From: Octopus sinensis
Taxonomy: Eukaryota
Assembly: GCF_006345805.1 (NCBI RefSeq)
Contig: NC_043016.1
Coordinates: 16,926,001-16,990,000, forward strand
DNA: 64,000 nt
Direction: 5' to 3'
Every line of letters starts with the position of its first letter. Position 1 is the first letter of the stretch. The notes under the pieces are model-generated. The model saw only the letters and a list, made by a program, of their open reading frames with translations, was not told the origin of the DNA and searched no databases. Made by a program: the position numbers and the translations under genes. Below are positions 10,306-22,050 of this stretch, one piece after another.

Positions 10306-11428
10306 GTCCCATTCCATGAGAGCGTTTTGCTCTCAGCCTATGAATATTTCAGTCGACCTTCATAATAATAAAGATTAATATTGCATCTGCATTTGTTTTA
10401 ATGTTAAGATTGAAAAAAAATTCACTTTTTTTGTAAAAAAAATTTGGACTTGGGTTTGCAGCCACAAAGCAAATTTTCTTCCCAGGCCACTGGTTAGATG
10501 GCCTTCATTTAAAAGCAGTTTTGTAGGTTTGATTGCATGGCTGCAGGAGCTGTATCCATTGAGTCTTAATTTTTGTAAAAAGTCAACACCTGATCAAAAT
10601 TGAAGTATTTTCTGGCTCTGCAGAAGATGGTTGACTGCTCTGATGGAGTTTTAGTTGCATTATGTGAAGCCACCAGGAAAAATTCTCTATGATTGTAAAG
10701 ATTAACCTTTGTTGTAATTTTGAGGGTTTTACCTGCTGGAGAGAATGATGTACAAAATTGTTTTTTGGATATGATCAAGGACTGTGCCTCTGTGTTGATA
10801 TGACAAAATTGTCATCTCTCCATTTGAGGCCTCTGCAGTAGTGGCAGTGGTGTTGTTGTTATAAGGAGTACACCAAAGTTGTTGGGGAGTCGGCAAGAAG
10901 GGGTCTTGTCCCCTCACTGCAATGTTGTAATCTAAGAGGAATCTTCTACTTTGAGAGAAGCAAGACTGATTAAGTCTATTGGGATGGGATGTTAGATTCC
11001 AGTTTGTGTGTTTATGGACAAAAATGACATAAGAATATAAAAATAAGAATGCAAAAATGATATAAGAATGAGCTGACAACCATCTTGCCCCAACCTGTAC
11101 AAAGACAGATGTTTAAATTATTATACAATTAATAACTATTTAATAAAGAAATATTGTCTTTTTTTAAATTTTACTTATTTATTCTTTTGCATTTTATTTC
11201 TTTCAGAGAAATTTATCATTTGCAATCCTACAAAGGGAAGGAGCTTCAAGGTATTTCAGAATTATTTTATTTCTATTTTTGTTTATTATTTTTTATTTTC
11301 TATTTTTGTTCCTTAATCTTAACACTAATCTGTTTGAGACTGTCTCACTCTTTTTTGTTAAATTACCTTCTGTTTTTATTGTTGTTTTTGTGTAGTATTT
11401 CATGTTACTATCATCATAATCGTCATTA

Positions 11429-11650
11429 GGGTGGTGAGCTGGCAGAGTCGTTAGCATGCCAGGCAAAATGCTTTGTGGTATTTCGTTTGTCTTCATGTTC
11501 TGAGTTCAAATTCTGCCAAGGTCGACTTTGCCTTTCATCATTTCAGGGTCGATAAATAAGGTACCGGTGAAACACTGGGGTTGATATAATCAACTAGTCC
11601 CCCCCCCCATGCCAAATCTGAGGCCTTATGTCTCCAGGAGAAAGGATCCC
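11429..11650 (+). mobile_element. SINE (GGTGGTGAGCTGGCAG family)
   Basis: GAGTTCAAATTC B-box-like motif and GGTCGACTTTGCCTTTCATC..GGGTCGATAAAT core; about 10 copies in the window. Confidence 0.8.
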
Positions 11651-12121
11651 CGTCATAATTATCATTGTCATCATCATCATCTTCTAAGATGGTAAACTGG
11701 AAGAACCAATAAAGTGTTGGATCAAATGCCTTCTGCTGGTTTATCTGATACTCATCAGATAAATATGAGTTCAAATCCATACCAAGGCCAATTTTACTTT
11801 TCATCCAAGTTCTTTAAAATAGAATACCAACCAAGTACTGGTGTTGATTGTATTGACTTATTCCTTCCCCTTAAAACTGTTGACCTTGGGCCTAAATCAG
11901 AAACCATTATTCAAAGATGGTGGAATGGTAGAATCATCAATGTCAGAAAAAATGCCTTTCAATATTTTCATTCTGCCATTTTACATTCTTGAGTTCAAAT
12001 CCTCCTGAGATCAACTTTACCTTTTGTCCCTCCCAGGTTCATAACATGAAGCACCAGTCTAGCACTAGGTTCTCTAATATAAACTAATATAAACATGTTG
12101 ACAATGCAAGTTTTAATTCCA

Positions 12122-12225
12122 GTGTCTTCCAGTTTTTAGGCAGCCTCTTTGGTGTTGTGCCAAGTGCACCAATTACTATAGGAATAATTGTTGTCCTTGG
12201 TCTTCCACACTCTCCTCAGCTCTCT
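12122..12225 (-). mobile_element. R4/Dong-like restriction-like endonuclease fragment
   Basis: The minus frame reads TTIIPIVIGALGTTPKRLPKNWK. Confidence 0.55.
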
Positions 12226-13533
12226 GGCTATTATCATTATTAAAAGAACTTGGTTAGATTCGAAAATTCATATTTTGAAAAAGATGAGAGGAGTGAAGCA
12301 AAGAACCTTCTAATCTCACCTTGGATATTTATGTTGGCCACATATAATGAAGAGAGCTGAAGACCTTTTTCTTGTGTTTCTAACAAATGTTTGCCCAATG
12401 CATCAATAGAATTATTTTAATAAAAATAAAACCATGTTTCTTAGCAAATATGAATAAGAAGAAAACAAAAATAAATTATTACAGAGATGTACTTGCAAAC
12501 AAGGGACTTGATCTGAGATCGTGCGCTGAAACAAAAACAATTGCAGCGTGGAAGAGGTCTGTAAGCCATTTTGTCAGCAAACAGGTCACGTTTCAAAGCG
12601 ATGAAAATATTTTGGCACAAATTAAATTTAAATGTTGATGTGAAACTAACGGTTTTTGTGTGTTCTTAAATAGTTTACAAACATCTTCCACGTTGCAAAA
12701 ATAAACAATATAATAATTAAAATAAGCACATAGATTACACATCAAAGTAAATTTGCTGATTTTGATCTCATGACAAAGTAACCGAGAGCAATTGCCTTTT
12801 AATTTGTAGATTACACACTAAAGTAACACCCCCAAACTATATAGCAGTAGTTTTCAACCAGGTTTCCACCAGTACAGTCCAAGGGTTCTTCAGGAAGTTA
12901 CATAAATGCTAAAATCGACAGTAATTTTTAATTCTCCTGTGCAGCTATGTGTGTACATGTTAGGCCTACGTGCACATCTACGAGTTGCATGCCAGCTTAG
13001 ATGATGGTTTAGCTTTCTTTTGTAAAATACGAGTGACTATATTTGGAAGAAACATTTTAACTGCGTAAGACATTTAGGTGTTGCTGTTAATCCACCTTTT
13101 AAAAGATCTTTAGCTTTTTAAAAGGTGCTTTTGTAAAATCTTTTTCTTGTATGACGTTTATTAATATTTGGTCAAATGATAAGATTAAAAATTTCGAAAG
13201 AGGGTTGAATTACTTATGTAGAAAAAAAATAAGAAATAAGGAAACTGATACTAAATTATAAGATGTGTAAATATGCATAAATATTAATTCCTTACAAATT
13301 TCTAAATTAGAACAATGAACAAATAAACGACATTTTAAATTCAAATCCGAAAATCTATTTTAATTATTATATGCATATTGTTTAAGTATAATGAAATACC
13401 TATTACTAAAAAAAAACTAATAAAAAAGCTAAATTTTACATCGTTAAACTCGCTACACTTTAAAGATCATTTTGTCCTGCCACTATTAGGTTTGCTTTTA
13501 TATATATACAATTCTGTTTACAGCCTTACAAGT

Positions 13534-15151
13534 ATGGATAGATTTCTGAAAAAACGTAAGTTAGATACAGATGAAGAGACGCAGGGTCTGAGGCAGTCAG
13601 TTGAAGCTGCAGCCACGGCCAGTGATGCTGCCTCGTCGAAATTACCAAGAAATGATGGAATTAACCTGCAACTAAAAGTTTGTCAATATTGTGAAAACTA
13701 CATAGCTCTGGGATTTATTTGGACTGGAAACCCAGACTGCCCTTCACCTTTGTGTACTGTTTCTGGGGAGAAGCTGGCTAATAGTGCTATGGCACCAGCC
13801 AAACTGAAATGACACTTAACGACTAAACATCCAGAGTTGTCAGGCAAAAAAGAACAATATTTTAAAAGAGAATTGGCATTTAATAAAAGGCAAGTTTCTA
13901 TGTTTGCCAAAAAGTTCAAGTTGAGTGACGAAGGACAAGAAGCAAGTTATGCTGTGGCGGAGATAGTTGCAAGAAAAATGAAATCTCATACCATCGCTGA
14001 GACTGTAATTTTACCTGCATGCCAGGAAATAGTGAGGATAATGTTTGGAGAGGATGCTGTATCAAATTCCACTTTCTGACAACACAATAAGGAGACGTTG
14101 AGTGCAATATTAAGTCAAAAATACTGAAACATAAGTTGTTTGCACTTCATGTTGATGAGAGTACAGACATCACTGGTAAAGCACAGCTCCTTGTGTTTGT
14201 TCTTTTTATTAATGATGAAGCTATTGTAGAAGACTTCCTGTGTTGCAAAGAGTTGCCAGAAACAAAAAAAGGACAAGATGTATTTGATGTTTTGAATTCA
14301 TATTTAGAGTATTGTGGATTGAACTGGTAAAAACTGTGTTGGTATTTGTACAGATGGTGCCCCTGCAATGACAGGATGTCTTAAAGGCTTTGTCCCAATC
14401 GCACAAAAACAAAATCCAAATATTAACCATACTCATTGTTTCATTCATAGAGAAGCACTAGTTGCTAAAAATCTTGGACCTGAACTAAAATCTGCATTGG
14501 ATATGGTAGTGAAAATACATCAAGTTGAGGCCATTTAAATGCAAAACTTTGTGTGGGTATGGAAGCAGACCATTCCACCTTAATCCAGCACAAAAAAATA
14601 CGATGGTTGTCAAGGTGAAAAATATTGTCTCGTTTTTATGAACTAAGAGAAGAGTTATTGACTTTTTGTTTGCAAGAAAACCTGAAAGACTTTGTAGAAT
14701 GTTTGAGTGATGACCATTGGTGTTCCAAGTTAGCATATCTTGCCGATATATTTCATGAGCTAAACCTCTTGAACAATGGCATGCAGGGCAGGAACGAAAA
14801 CTTCTTGTCTTCTACTGACAAAATAAATGCTTTTCAGAAGAATTTGACAATATGGAAGAAACGGATAGCTGCAGGAAATTTGGAAATGTTTCCAAGTGTT
14901 TTTAAAAGGAATTGTCAAGAAACTGCGCTACTGATTTTGAACCATTTGCACACTTGTTAACAAATCTTGACAAATATTTTCCATCGATATCTGTTGACCA
15001 GTATGACTGGATTAGAAACCCATTTGTGGAATTTGAGCCATTTGAAGAACAGTTCACTTTAACAGAAGAAGAAGAACTTGCCGGTGTTTTAAATGACGGA
15101 ACATTAATATAATAATAACACAACAACAACAACAACAACACAATAATAATA

Positions 15152-15183
<32 letters not shown>

Positions 15184-15488
15184 TAATAATAATAATAATG
15201 AAATTATTGTATACAGTGCTCAGGTTGAAGTTGAAGCATTCTGAGCTTCACCTGAATGCATTTTGGTTGCTGATTGAAAAGGAATATCCTGCAATTTCCC
15301 AGAAAGCGCTGCAACTTCTTGTACAGTTTTCAACTCCTACTTCTGTGAATTTGGATTTTCAGCCCTGACAACCATCAAGCACAAGAAGCGAGCACAATTG
15401 CTGTCTGTGGAAGATGAACTTCATGTGTGTATATCGACCCAATCTGAAAGAGTTGTGCAAGAAACACCAGGCTCAAGTTTCTCATTGA
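13534..15488 (+). pseudogene. Buster-type hAT transposase (ZBED5/ZBED8/FAM200-like), disrupted
   Basis: MDRFLKKRK.., BED finger PLCTVSGEKLANSAMAPAKLK*HLTTKH, KSHTIAETVILPAC, FALHVDESTDITGKAQLLVFV, TDGAPAM, HCFIHRE, KLAYLADIF and WIRNPF; ends HQAQVSH*. Multiple stops and frameshifts. Confidence 0.9.
15108..15225 (-). mobile_element. 26-bp CR1 3' tip plus expanded (ATT)/(GTT) tail inside the transposase
   Basis: 15200-15225 is the exact reverse complement of 9054-9079; it splits DGTL/KLKHSEL. Confidence 0.75.
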
Positions 15489-16286
15489 GTTTTTGATGAG
15501 AATAAATGTAATCTATTCAAACTAAAGTTTTTTAAATACATGTTTTAATAATAACTGTAGATGCAAGAATAAAATTGCATATGTATTGCAAAACTGATGG
15601 AATCGTGTGTCAGAGAAACACTTTGGAACTTCTGGAGCTCTCACAGTCTCATCCGACCCTCACAATATGGATTTGTCCCTAACTCCAGCTGCAGTGATCA
15701 TCTTGTCGAGTTCCTTGAGGACATTACTCAGATCACTGACAGTGGCTCATGGGTGGATGTTGTCTACCTTGACTTTGCTAAGGCTGTGCCACACAAAAGG
15801 CTTATGGTGAAACTCTCTGCAATGGGTGTGAGGGATGATCTTTTTAACTGGTTGAAATCCTTCATTCTCAGCCGAAAGGAGGTAATCACAGTTCTAGGAC
15901 AGCATTCTACACCATATGAGATGTCATCGGGTGTACCACAGGGATCTGTTCTTGGTCCCCTCTTGTTTGTGGCATACATTAATGACATAGATGCCAATTT
16001 AAAGAATGCCACAGTATTAAAATATGCAGACGACATGAAGCTGTACCTTGAAATCAAGAGGACAGATCCTGTTGTCTACAGCTCTTTCCTGCAATCAGAC
16101 CTGGACACAATGCAGCAATGGATCACAGACTGGCAACTGAAACTGGCTGTGGACAAGTGTACCACCATGCATTTTGGGAGAAAAAACCTGCGTCCACATA
16201 CTCCCTCCACAACACTGATATCAAGAAATCCTCTTGCGAGCGTGACCTAGGCATCACTGTCAGCAGTGATTTGCGTTGGACAAAGC

Positions 16287-18774
16287 TGCTGGAGTTCTGC
16301 GATGCAAATAATCTTATGATTTGCAACACTAACTTCAGGAAACCTACCAGCCACCTAGTCACTTACCAATCGGGCCAACATACCAGCCAAATTGACTACA
16401 TCCTTACAAGGCAAAGGGAGAGATGGCTGCTTATAAATGCCAAAACCTTCCCAGGTGAAGAATGTACCCCACAACATAGACTGGTAGTTAGTGACTTTAG
16501 GATCAGGACTAGGAGGACAACCAGAAGACGACAAATATGGAGAAGAAGGATCTGGAAGCTTAAAGATCCTGCAAATGGACAGAGATTTAGGGACATATTA
16601 CTTGAAGCCTCTGACGAAGTAGAAGGGGATAGAGCATCACAGGGGGTAGAAGACAGCTGGACGTTTCTAAGGGACAACCTGCTGAGAGCCACTGACCAGA
16701 TCTGTGGCTGGTGCAAAGTCCCCTCTCGACCTAGAATAACGTGGTGGTGGAACAATATTGTAGACAGGGCTATTAGAGACAGGCTTGGAAGGTCTGGAAA
16801 AATGGGGGTAGCAGGGAATTGTATCAGACTGCCAAAAGAGAAGCTAGGAGACAGGTTTATTTAGCCAGAGGGGAAGCAGATAAGAAAAAATTTGCCAATG
16901 TTCTGCGCCGTGAGGACCAAAGACTGGAGGTGTTTCGTGTTGCAAGACAGTGTTTGAGAGAGAATCGTGATGTGGTAGGAGAGAAGTGTGTTCGCATGGA
17001 AGATGGTTCACTTGCGCTAAATGAGGATGCGAAGAGAGAGGTTTGGAGATGCCACTATGAAAGGTTGCTGAATGAAGAAAATGAATGGGATAAAAGAGTC
17101 TGCCGAATGTTGACCCAACAGAGGGACCAGCTATCCGAGTTGATAGTTCTGTGGTAGCTAAGGCAATTAGAAGCATGAAGACAGGGAAAGCCCCAGGCCC
17201 ATCAGGAATCACTGCAGAGATGCTCAAAATGTCTGGTAGTGTCGGCTATAGCCTAGTCACCCATATAGTTAATCAGGTGATACACAATGACTGGTGTAGC
17301 AGTATAATAGTCAACTGCTACAAAGGTAAAGGTGATGCCCTAGATACAAATAACTACAGAGGTATCAAGCTGTTGGACCAGGTGATGAAGGTTACGGAGA
17401 GGGTCATAGCCCAACTAATTAGAGAGAGAGTTAGTTTAGATGAGATGCAGTTTGGGTTTGTGCCAGGGAAAAGTACTACTGATGCTATATTCCTGGTAAG
17501 GCAGCTGCAGGAGAAATACCTAGCCAAAGATAAGCCCCTGTACCTGGCTTTTGTTGACATGGAGAAAGCCTTCGACAGGGTCCCCCGATCCCTTATCTGG
17601 TGGGCAATGAGAAAACTAGGGATAGATGAATGGTTAGTGAGAGCTGTGCGGGCCATGTATAGGGACGCCGCTAGTAGGGTGAGGGTTGGAAATGAGTACA
17701 GTGAAGAATTCCGGGTAGAGGTAGGGGTCCACCAAGGCTCAGTACTCAGCCCCCTCCTATTTATCATAGTCCTCCAGGCAATAACGGAGGAATTCAAGAC
17801 AGGATGCCCTTGGGAGCTCCTCTATGCTGATGACCTTGCTCTAATTGCTGTGTCACTATCAGAACTGGAGGAGAAGTTTCAGGTGTGGAAACAAGGATTA
17901 GAATCGAAGGGCCTCAGAGTCAATCTAGCTAAAACCAAAGTCGTATCAGTAGGAAGGTAGACAAATCACAAACACCTTCAGGTAGATGGCCCTGCTCGAT
18001 CTGTAGAAAAGGTGTAGGTAGAACTCTATAAGATGCACCAAGTGTAAGCTATGGACACATAAGAGATGCAGCAATGTCAAAGGAAGGCTAACTAGGAGAT
18101 GGTTTTTGTATGTGGCAGATGCTCAGGAACAATAAACACTGAAAATGCTCTGAGACCAACTTCCGTCACTTTCCAGGGAGAAAAACTAGAAATAGTTGAT
18201 AGTTTCCGTTACCTAGGTGACCAAGTCAGCAGCGGGGGTGTGTGCTGAAAGTGTAACTGCTAGAGTAAGAATAGCTTGGGCAAAGTTCAGAGAGCTCTTA
18301 CCTCTGCTGGTGACAAAAGGCCTCTCGCACAGAGTGAAAGGCAGACTGTATGATGCGTGTGTACGAACAGCCATGCTACATGGCAGTGAAACATGGGCCG
18401 TGACTGCTGAGGATATGCGTAAGCTCGCTAGAAATGAAGCCAGTATGCTCCGATGGATGTGTAATGCCGGTACTCACACTCGGCAGAGTGTAAGTACCTT
18501 GAGAGAAAAGCTGGACCTAAGAAGCATCAGTTGTGGTGTGCAAGAGAGACGTTTGCGCTGGTATGGTCATGTGGCGAGAATGGATGAAGATAGTTGTGTG
18601 AAAAAGTGCCACACCCTAGCGGTTGAGGGAACCTGTGGAAGAGGCAGACCCAGGAAAACCTGGGACGAGGTGGTGAAGCACGACCTTCGAACTTTAGGTC
18701 TCACTGAGGAAATGACTAGAGACCGAGACCTCTGGAAGTGTGCTGTGCGCGAGAAGACCCGGCAGGACAAGTGA
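16287..18774 (+). pseudogene. RTE endonuclease/reverse transcriptase ORF, frameshifted
   Basis: YRGIKLL, QFGF, FVDMEKAFDRV, GVHQGSVLSPLLF, LLYADDL, RLRWYGHV and GRGRPRKTW, spread over ORFs 16118, 16819, 17151 and 18217. Confidence 0.9.
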
Positions 18775-19387
18775 GTCCACAACCCGTGGCCTTCTACATG
18801 GGATGGAGCCAGCCTACGTATGCATACCTTCCCTTCTTGGGACACAAAACTCTACTTGTGAAGACGTGTTGAGGCAAGTGAGGATCAGAATCGAAATCGA
18901 TCAATGGAAATTGCGGATGTGCTACCAGTGCCGGTGGCATGTCGAAACTCTGCTTGTGAAGACCCATTGAGGCAAGTGAGGATCAGAATCGAAATCGATC
19001 AATGGAAATCGATCAATGGAAATTGCAGATGTGTTACCAGTGCCGGTGGCATGTAAGAGAACTTTCCGTTTCGCGACCGTTGCCAGCACCGCCCCGTTTC
19101 GTGTCCGTTGCCAGCCTCGCCTGGCCCTCGTGCCGGTGGCACATAAAAAGCACCATCCGTTCGTGGCCGTTTGCCAGCTCTGTCTGGCACCAGTGCGGGT
19201 GGCACGTAAAAAGCACCCACTACACTCACGGAGTGGTTGGCGTTAGGAAGGGCATCCAGCCGTAGAAACACTGCCAGATTTGACTGGGCCTGATGAAGCC
19301 TTCTGGCTTCACAGACCCCAGTAGAACCGTCCAACCCATGCTAGCATGGAAAACGGACGCTAAATGATGATGATGATGATGATGATG
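16287..19387 (+). mobile_element. RTE-clade LINE, 5'-truncated, relatively young
   Basis: Endonuclease end (SQIDYIL..QHRLVV), RT, 3' UTR and (GAT)n tail. TSD AAAGC at 16282-16286 and 19388-19392. Confidence 0.92.
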
Positions 19388-20939
19388 AAAGCATATCTCT
19401 AAAATTGTCAAGAAGACCGAGGGTGTCTTGGCATCACTCAGCAAGACTTTTGTTAGCCGCTCTCCAGCCATCTATTTAAAACTGTATACAGCTACGGTAC
19501 GGCCACACTTGGAATTCGCATCATCAGTTTGGAACCCCTATCTTGCTCATAACATTGACCTCCTGGAATCTATCCAGAGACGTGCAACCAAACGCATACC
19601 CTCCATCAGACACCTACCATATTCTGAGCGCCTTGTTTCCCTGGGCATGGATTCACTGAAGCTCCGGCGTCTGGCGATGGACTTGGTAAACACCCACAAA
19701 GTTATCAACCACCTCACCAACAACAACAACACTGAACACCTTTTTGATCTCCATGTGTCTAACACACATGGACATGCCTACAAAGTCAGAAAACAACACA
19801 GCTCCCATGACTTTCGGAAACATTTTTTCACGCTCAGAGTTGCTGAAGCATGGAATAAACTGCCTGCATCAGTTGCTGACTGCCATGACACTGCATCCTT
19901 TAAGGCCCTCATGCTTCCCGAAATCCGCCGAAACTACACCTGATCATATATACACTTTAGATGAGTTGTAGTGCACCTGAGCACTGCACACAATGTTTTT
20001 ATTATTATTATATTATTATGTACATGACAATTTTTTTTACAGTTTGTGTTTTTATTGTAAATAAATCTGAACATAAGTATTTTCATTTCATTAATTAAAT
20101 GCTGTTTTTGCATAAGACAATCAAATTATTGCACAGGGGTTCCTCGAGCCAGTAGAATGTTTCCTTGGGGTTCCGTTCCAGCAAAAAGGTTGAAAAGCAC
20201 TGATCTATATAATAACAAAGAAAGCGAGAGGAGTTGATTCCCTTGATTATTGGCTACGGGGTTGTGTCCCTTGTAACTTTTCTTTTTTTTTTTTTTGCAA
20301 AGGACTGTCAAACGTTATAATTATTTCCAAGTAACATAATGTTTTATCTGCAGTAGCGGACCAAATATCTGACATGCTTGAGGCCGGATTTCTGGATTTT
20401 CCGGTTTTCTGGAGATAGTCATAATAGATACTTAAAATATAACATAAACTATGAAAAGTAAAGAACTAAATTGTCATTTAATAGATTTAAATTAATACTC
20501 TTCTAAAGCTGGGTCTATTTCATATTAATTCACTTAAAATTCCTGCTATTTATCATACTCTTCAATCTAAACAGTATAGTGTTTATAAGATAAAAATCAA
20601 ATTAAAAAAGTAAAACATATGATTTTATTTAACTGATGCAGGTACAAACCAATACACTTCTAAATCAGCGTATAAATCCTTAAAATCCTTAAAATTGTTT
20701 TAGCCCGAAGGCCGCGGCCATGCTGGGGCACCACTGCTGATGTTTAATCTCTGTCAATAAATTTTAAAAAACGAAAACCAAATCTTCAAAATGTAAATGT
20801 AAATTAACTAATTTCAAAAACATTTTCAAAGGTATTTTGTGTTGTTTTAATTTTTTTTGGGTGCGGTGAGGCCGGGGTGGTTGTAATTCCACATTTCTGA
20901 AAGCTGAATAAGATGTCCAGTACTGTATCATATATTACA

Positions 20940-21085
20940 TATTTCTTTATTACCCACAAGGGGCTAAACACAGAGGGGACAAACTGATTAAGTCGATTAC
21001 ATCGACCCCAATGCATAACTGGTACTTAATTTATCGACCCCGAAAGGATGAAAGGCAAAGTCGACCTCGGCGGAATTTGAACTCA
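20940..21085 (-). mobile_element. SINE (GGTGGTGAGCTGGCAG family), partial
   Basis: TTTATCGACCCCGAAAGGATGAAAGGCAAAGTCGACCTCGGCGGAATTTGAACTC. Confidence 0.8.
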
Positions 21086-21129
21086 CAAGCTGGACCTATG
21101 GATATTCCACACAGTAGGCAACCACTATA

Positions 21130-22050
21130 AAACGTAAACATTATATCCAACTTAACATGGATGCTGTGTTATTAGCCTTGAGAGACCCTCTACTATAGGT
21201 GCATGGTGCATAAAAACACACATATAGATCATAGCAAAAGAAATTTGCCTGTCATGGGTGCCAGAATCCCCATGTCGTGTAATTTCTGTGGGAACCAACT
21301 GATTGCCGCATTCCACTCAAATCTCACTGCTACAATATACAGAACATCACCGTTTTCAGATGATGATGTTGCAGACAGATGTCAGGCTTATTACAAATAA
21401 ATTATTCCCAATGAAAGCAGTATTAACACCAAAAAATAAACATTACATGAATGCTGTGTTAGAACACCAAATACTGCGTTCTTGGCCTTGAGAGATTCTC
21501 TGATAGAGACGCTTGGTGTGTAAAAGCACACCCTCAGGTCATAGCAAACGAAACTCACCTGCCGTGGATGCTGGAAGTCACATATTACAGGATTTTGTTC
21601 TATTGGACTTCTTCGATGGGAACCATCGATCACCTCATGCCAGTCAAATCTCATTGCTACAACATATAGAATACCAGTTTCAAATTTTGGCACAAGGACA
21701 ACAATTTCATGGTTGTGGTTAGTTGATTACATTGACCCCAGTATACAACTGGTACTTACTTTATCGGAGGAAAGGCAAAGTCAACCTTAGTGGAATTTGA
21801 ACTCAAACTGTAAAGACATGAAATGCCACCAAGCATTTTGTCCAGTGTGTTAATGATTCTGCCAGCGCACCACCTTTCCAATATATGGAATTTCACCACC
21901 ATCTTTTCAGACACTGATGTTGCAAATAGCCACCAAGTTTATTAAAGATTAATTATTAGCAACAGAACCAACAGGTAAACACTATATCCAGCATAACACG
22001 GATGCAATGTTAAAACCCCTGAATACTGCATAATTAGCCTTGGCGGGGTG
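21130..22050. repeat. Degenerate ~300-bp direct repeat, about three copies, interrupted by a SINE at 21720-21885
   Basis: The motif TAAACA(T/C)TA..ATG(G/A)ATGC..TGTTA..GCCTTG recurs near 21136, 21438 and 21977. Confidence 0.55.

Larger units (their letters stand above)
15586..20016 (+). mobile_element. CR1-clade LINE, 5'-truncated, split by an RTE insertion
   Basis: RT motifs QYGF, YLDFAKA, GVPQGSVLGPLLF and YADD (15597-16286). The frame resumes at 19388 (TK/HISKIVKK..VRPHLEFASSVWNP). (ATT)n tail; TSD TATGTA at 15580-15585 and 20017-20022. Confidence 0.9.
12845..20202 (+). mobile_element. hAT (Buster/Charlie type) DNA transposon carrying nested insertions
   Basis: TIRs CAGTAGTTTTCAACC (12845) and GGTTGAAAAGCACTG (20188-20202), GGGGTTCC subterminal motifs and a transposase remnant inside. 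The 8-bp TSD is imperfect. Confidence 0.85.

Noticed and set aside
12835-12844. Perfect 8-bp TSD for the hAT
   Set aside because: The left flank (CTATATAG, or AACTATAT with a 2-nt offset) matches the right flank ATCTATAT only imperfectly, so it is not claimed as an exact TSD.
13378-13533. N-terminal extension of the hAT transposase in the ORF track
   Set aside because: It starts at a TTG in AT-rich non-coding sequence; the transposase-like sequence begins at ATG 13534, just after a TTCTGTTTACAG acceptor-like site.
16118-16864. 248-aa ORF as a novel fusion protein
   Set aside because: Chance in-frame junction of CR1 sequence with the inserted RTE at 16286/16287.
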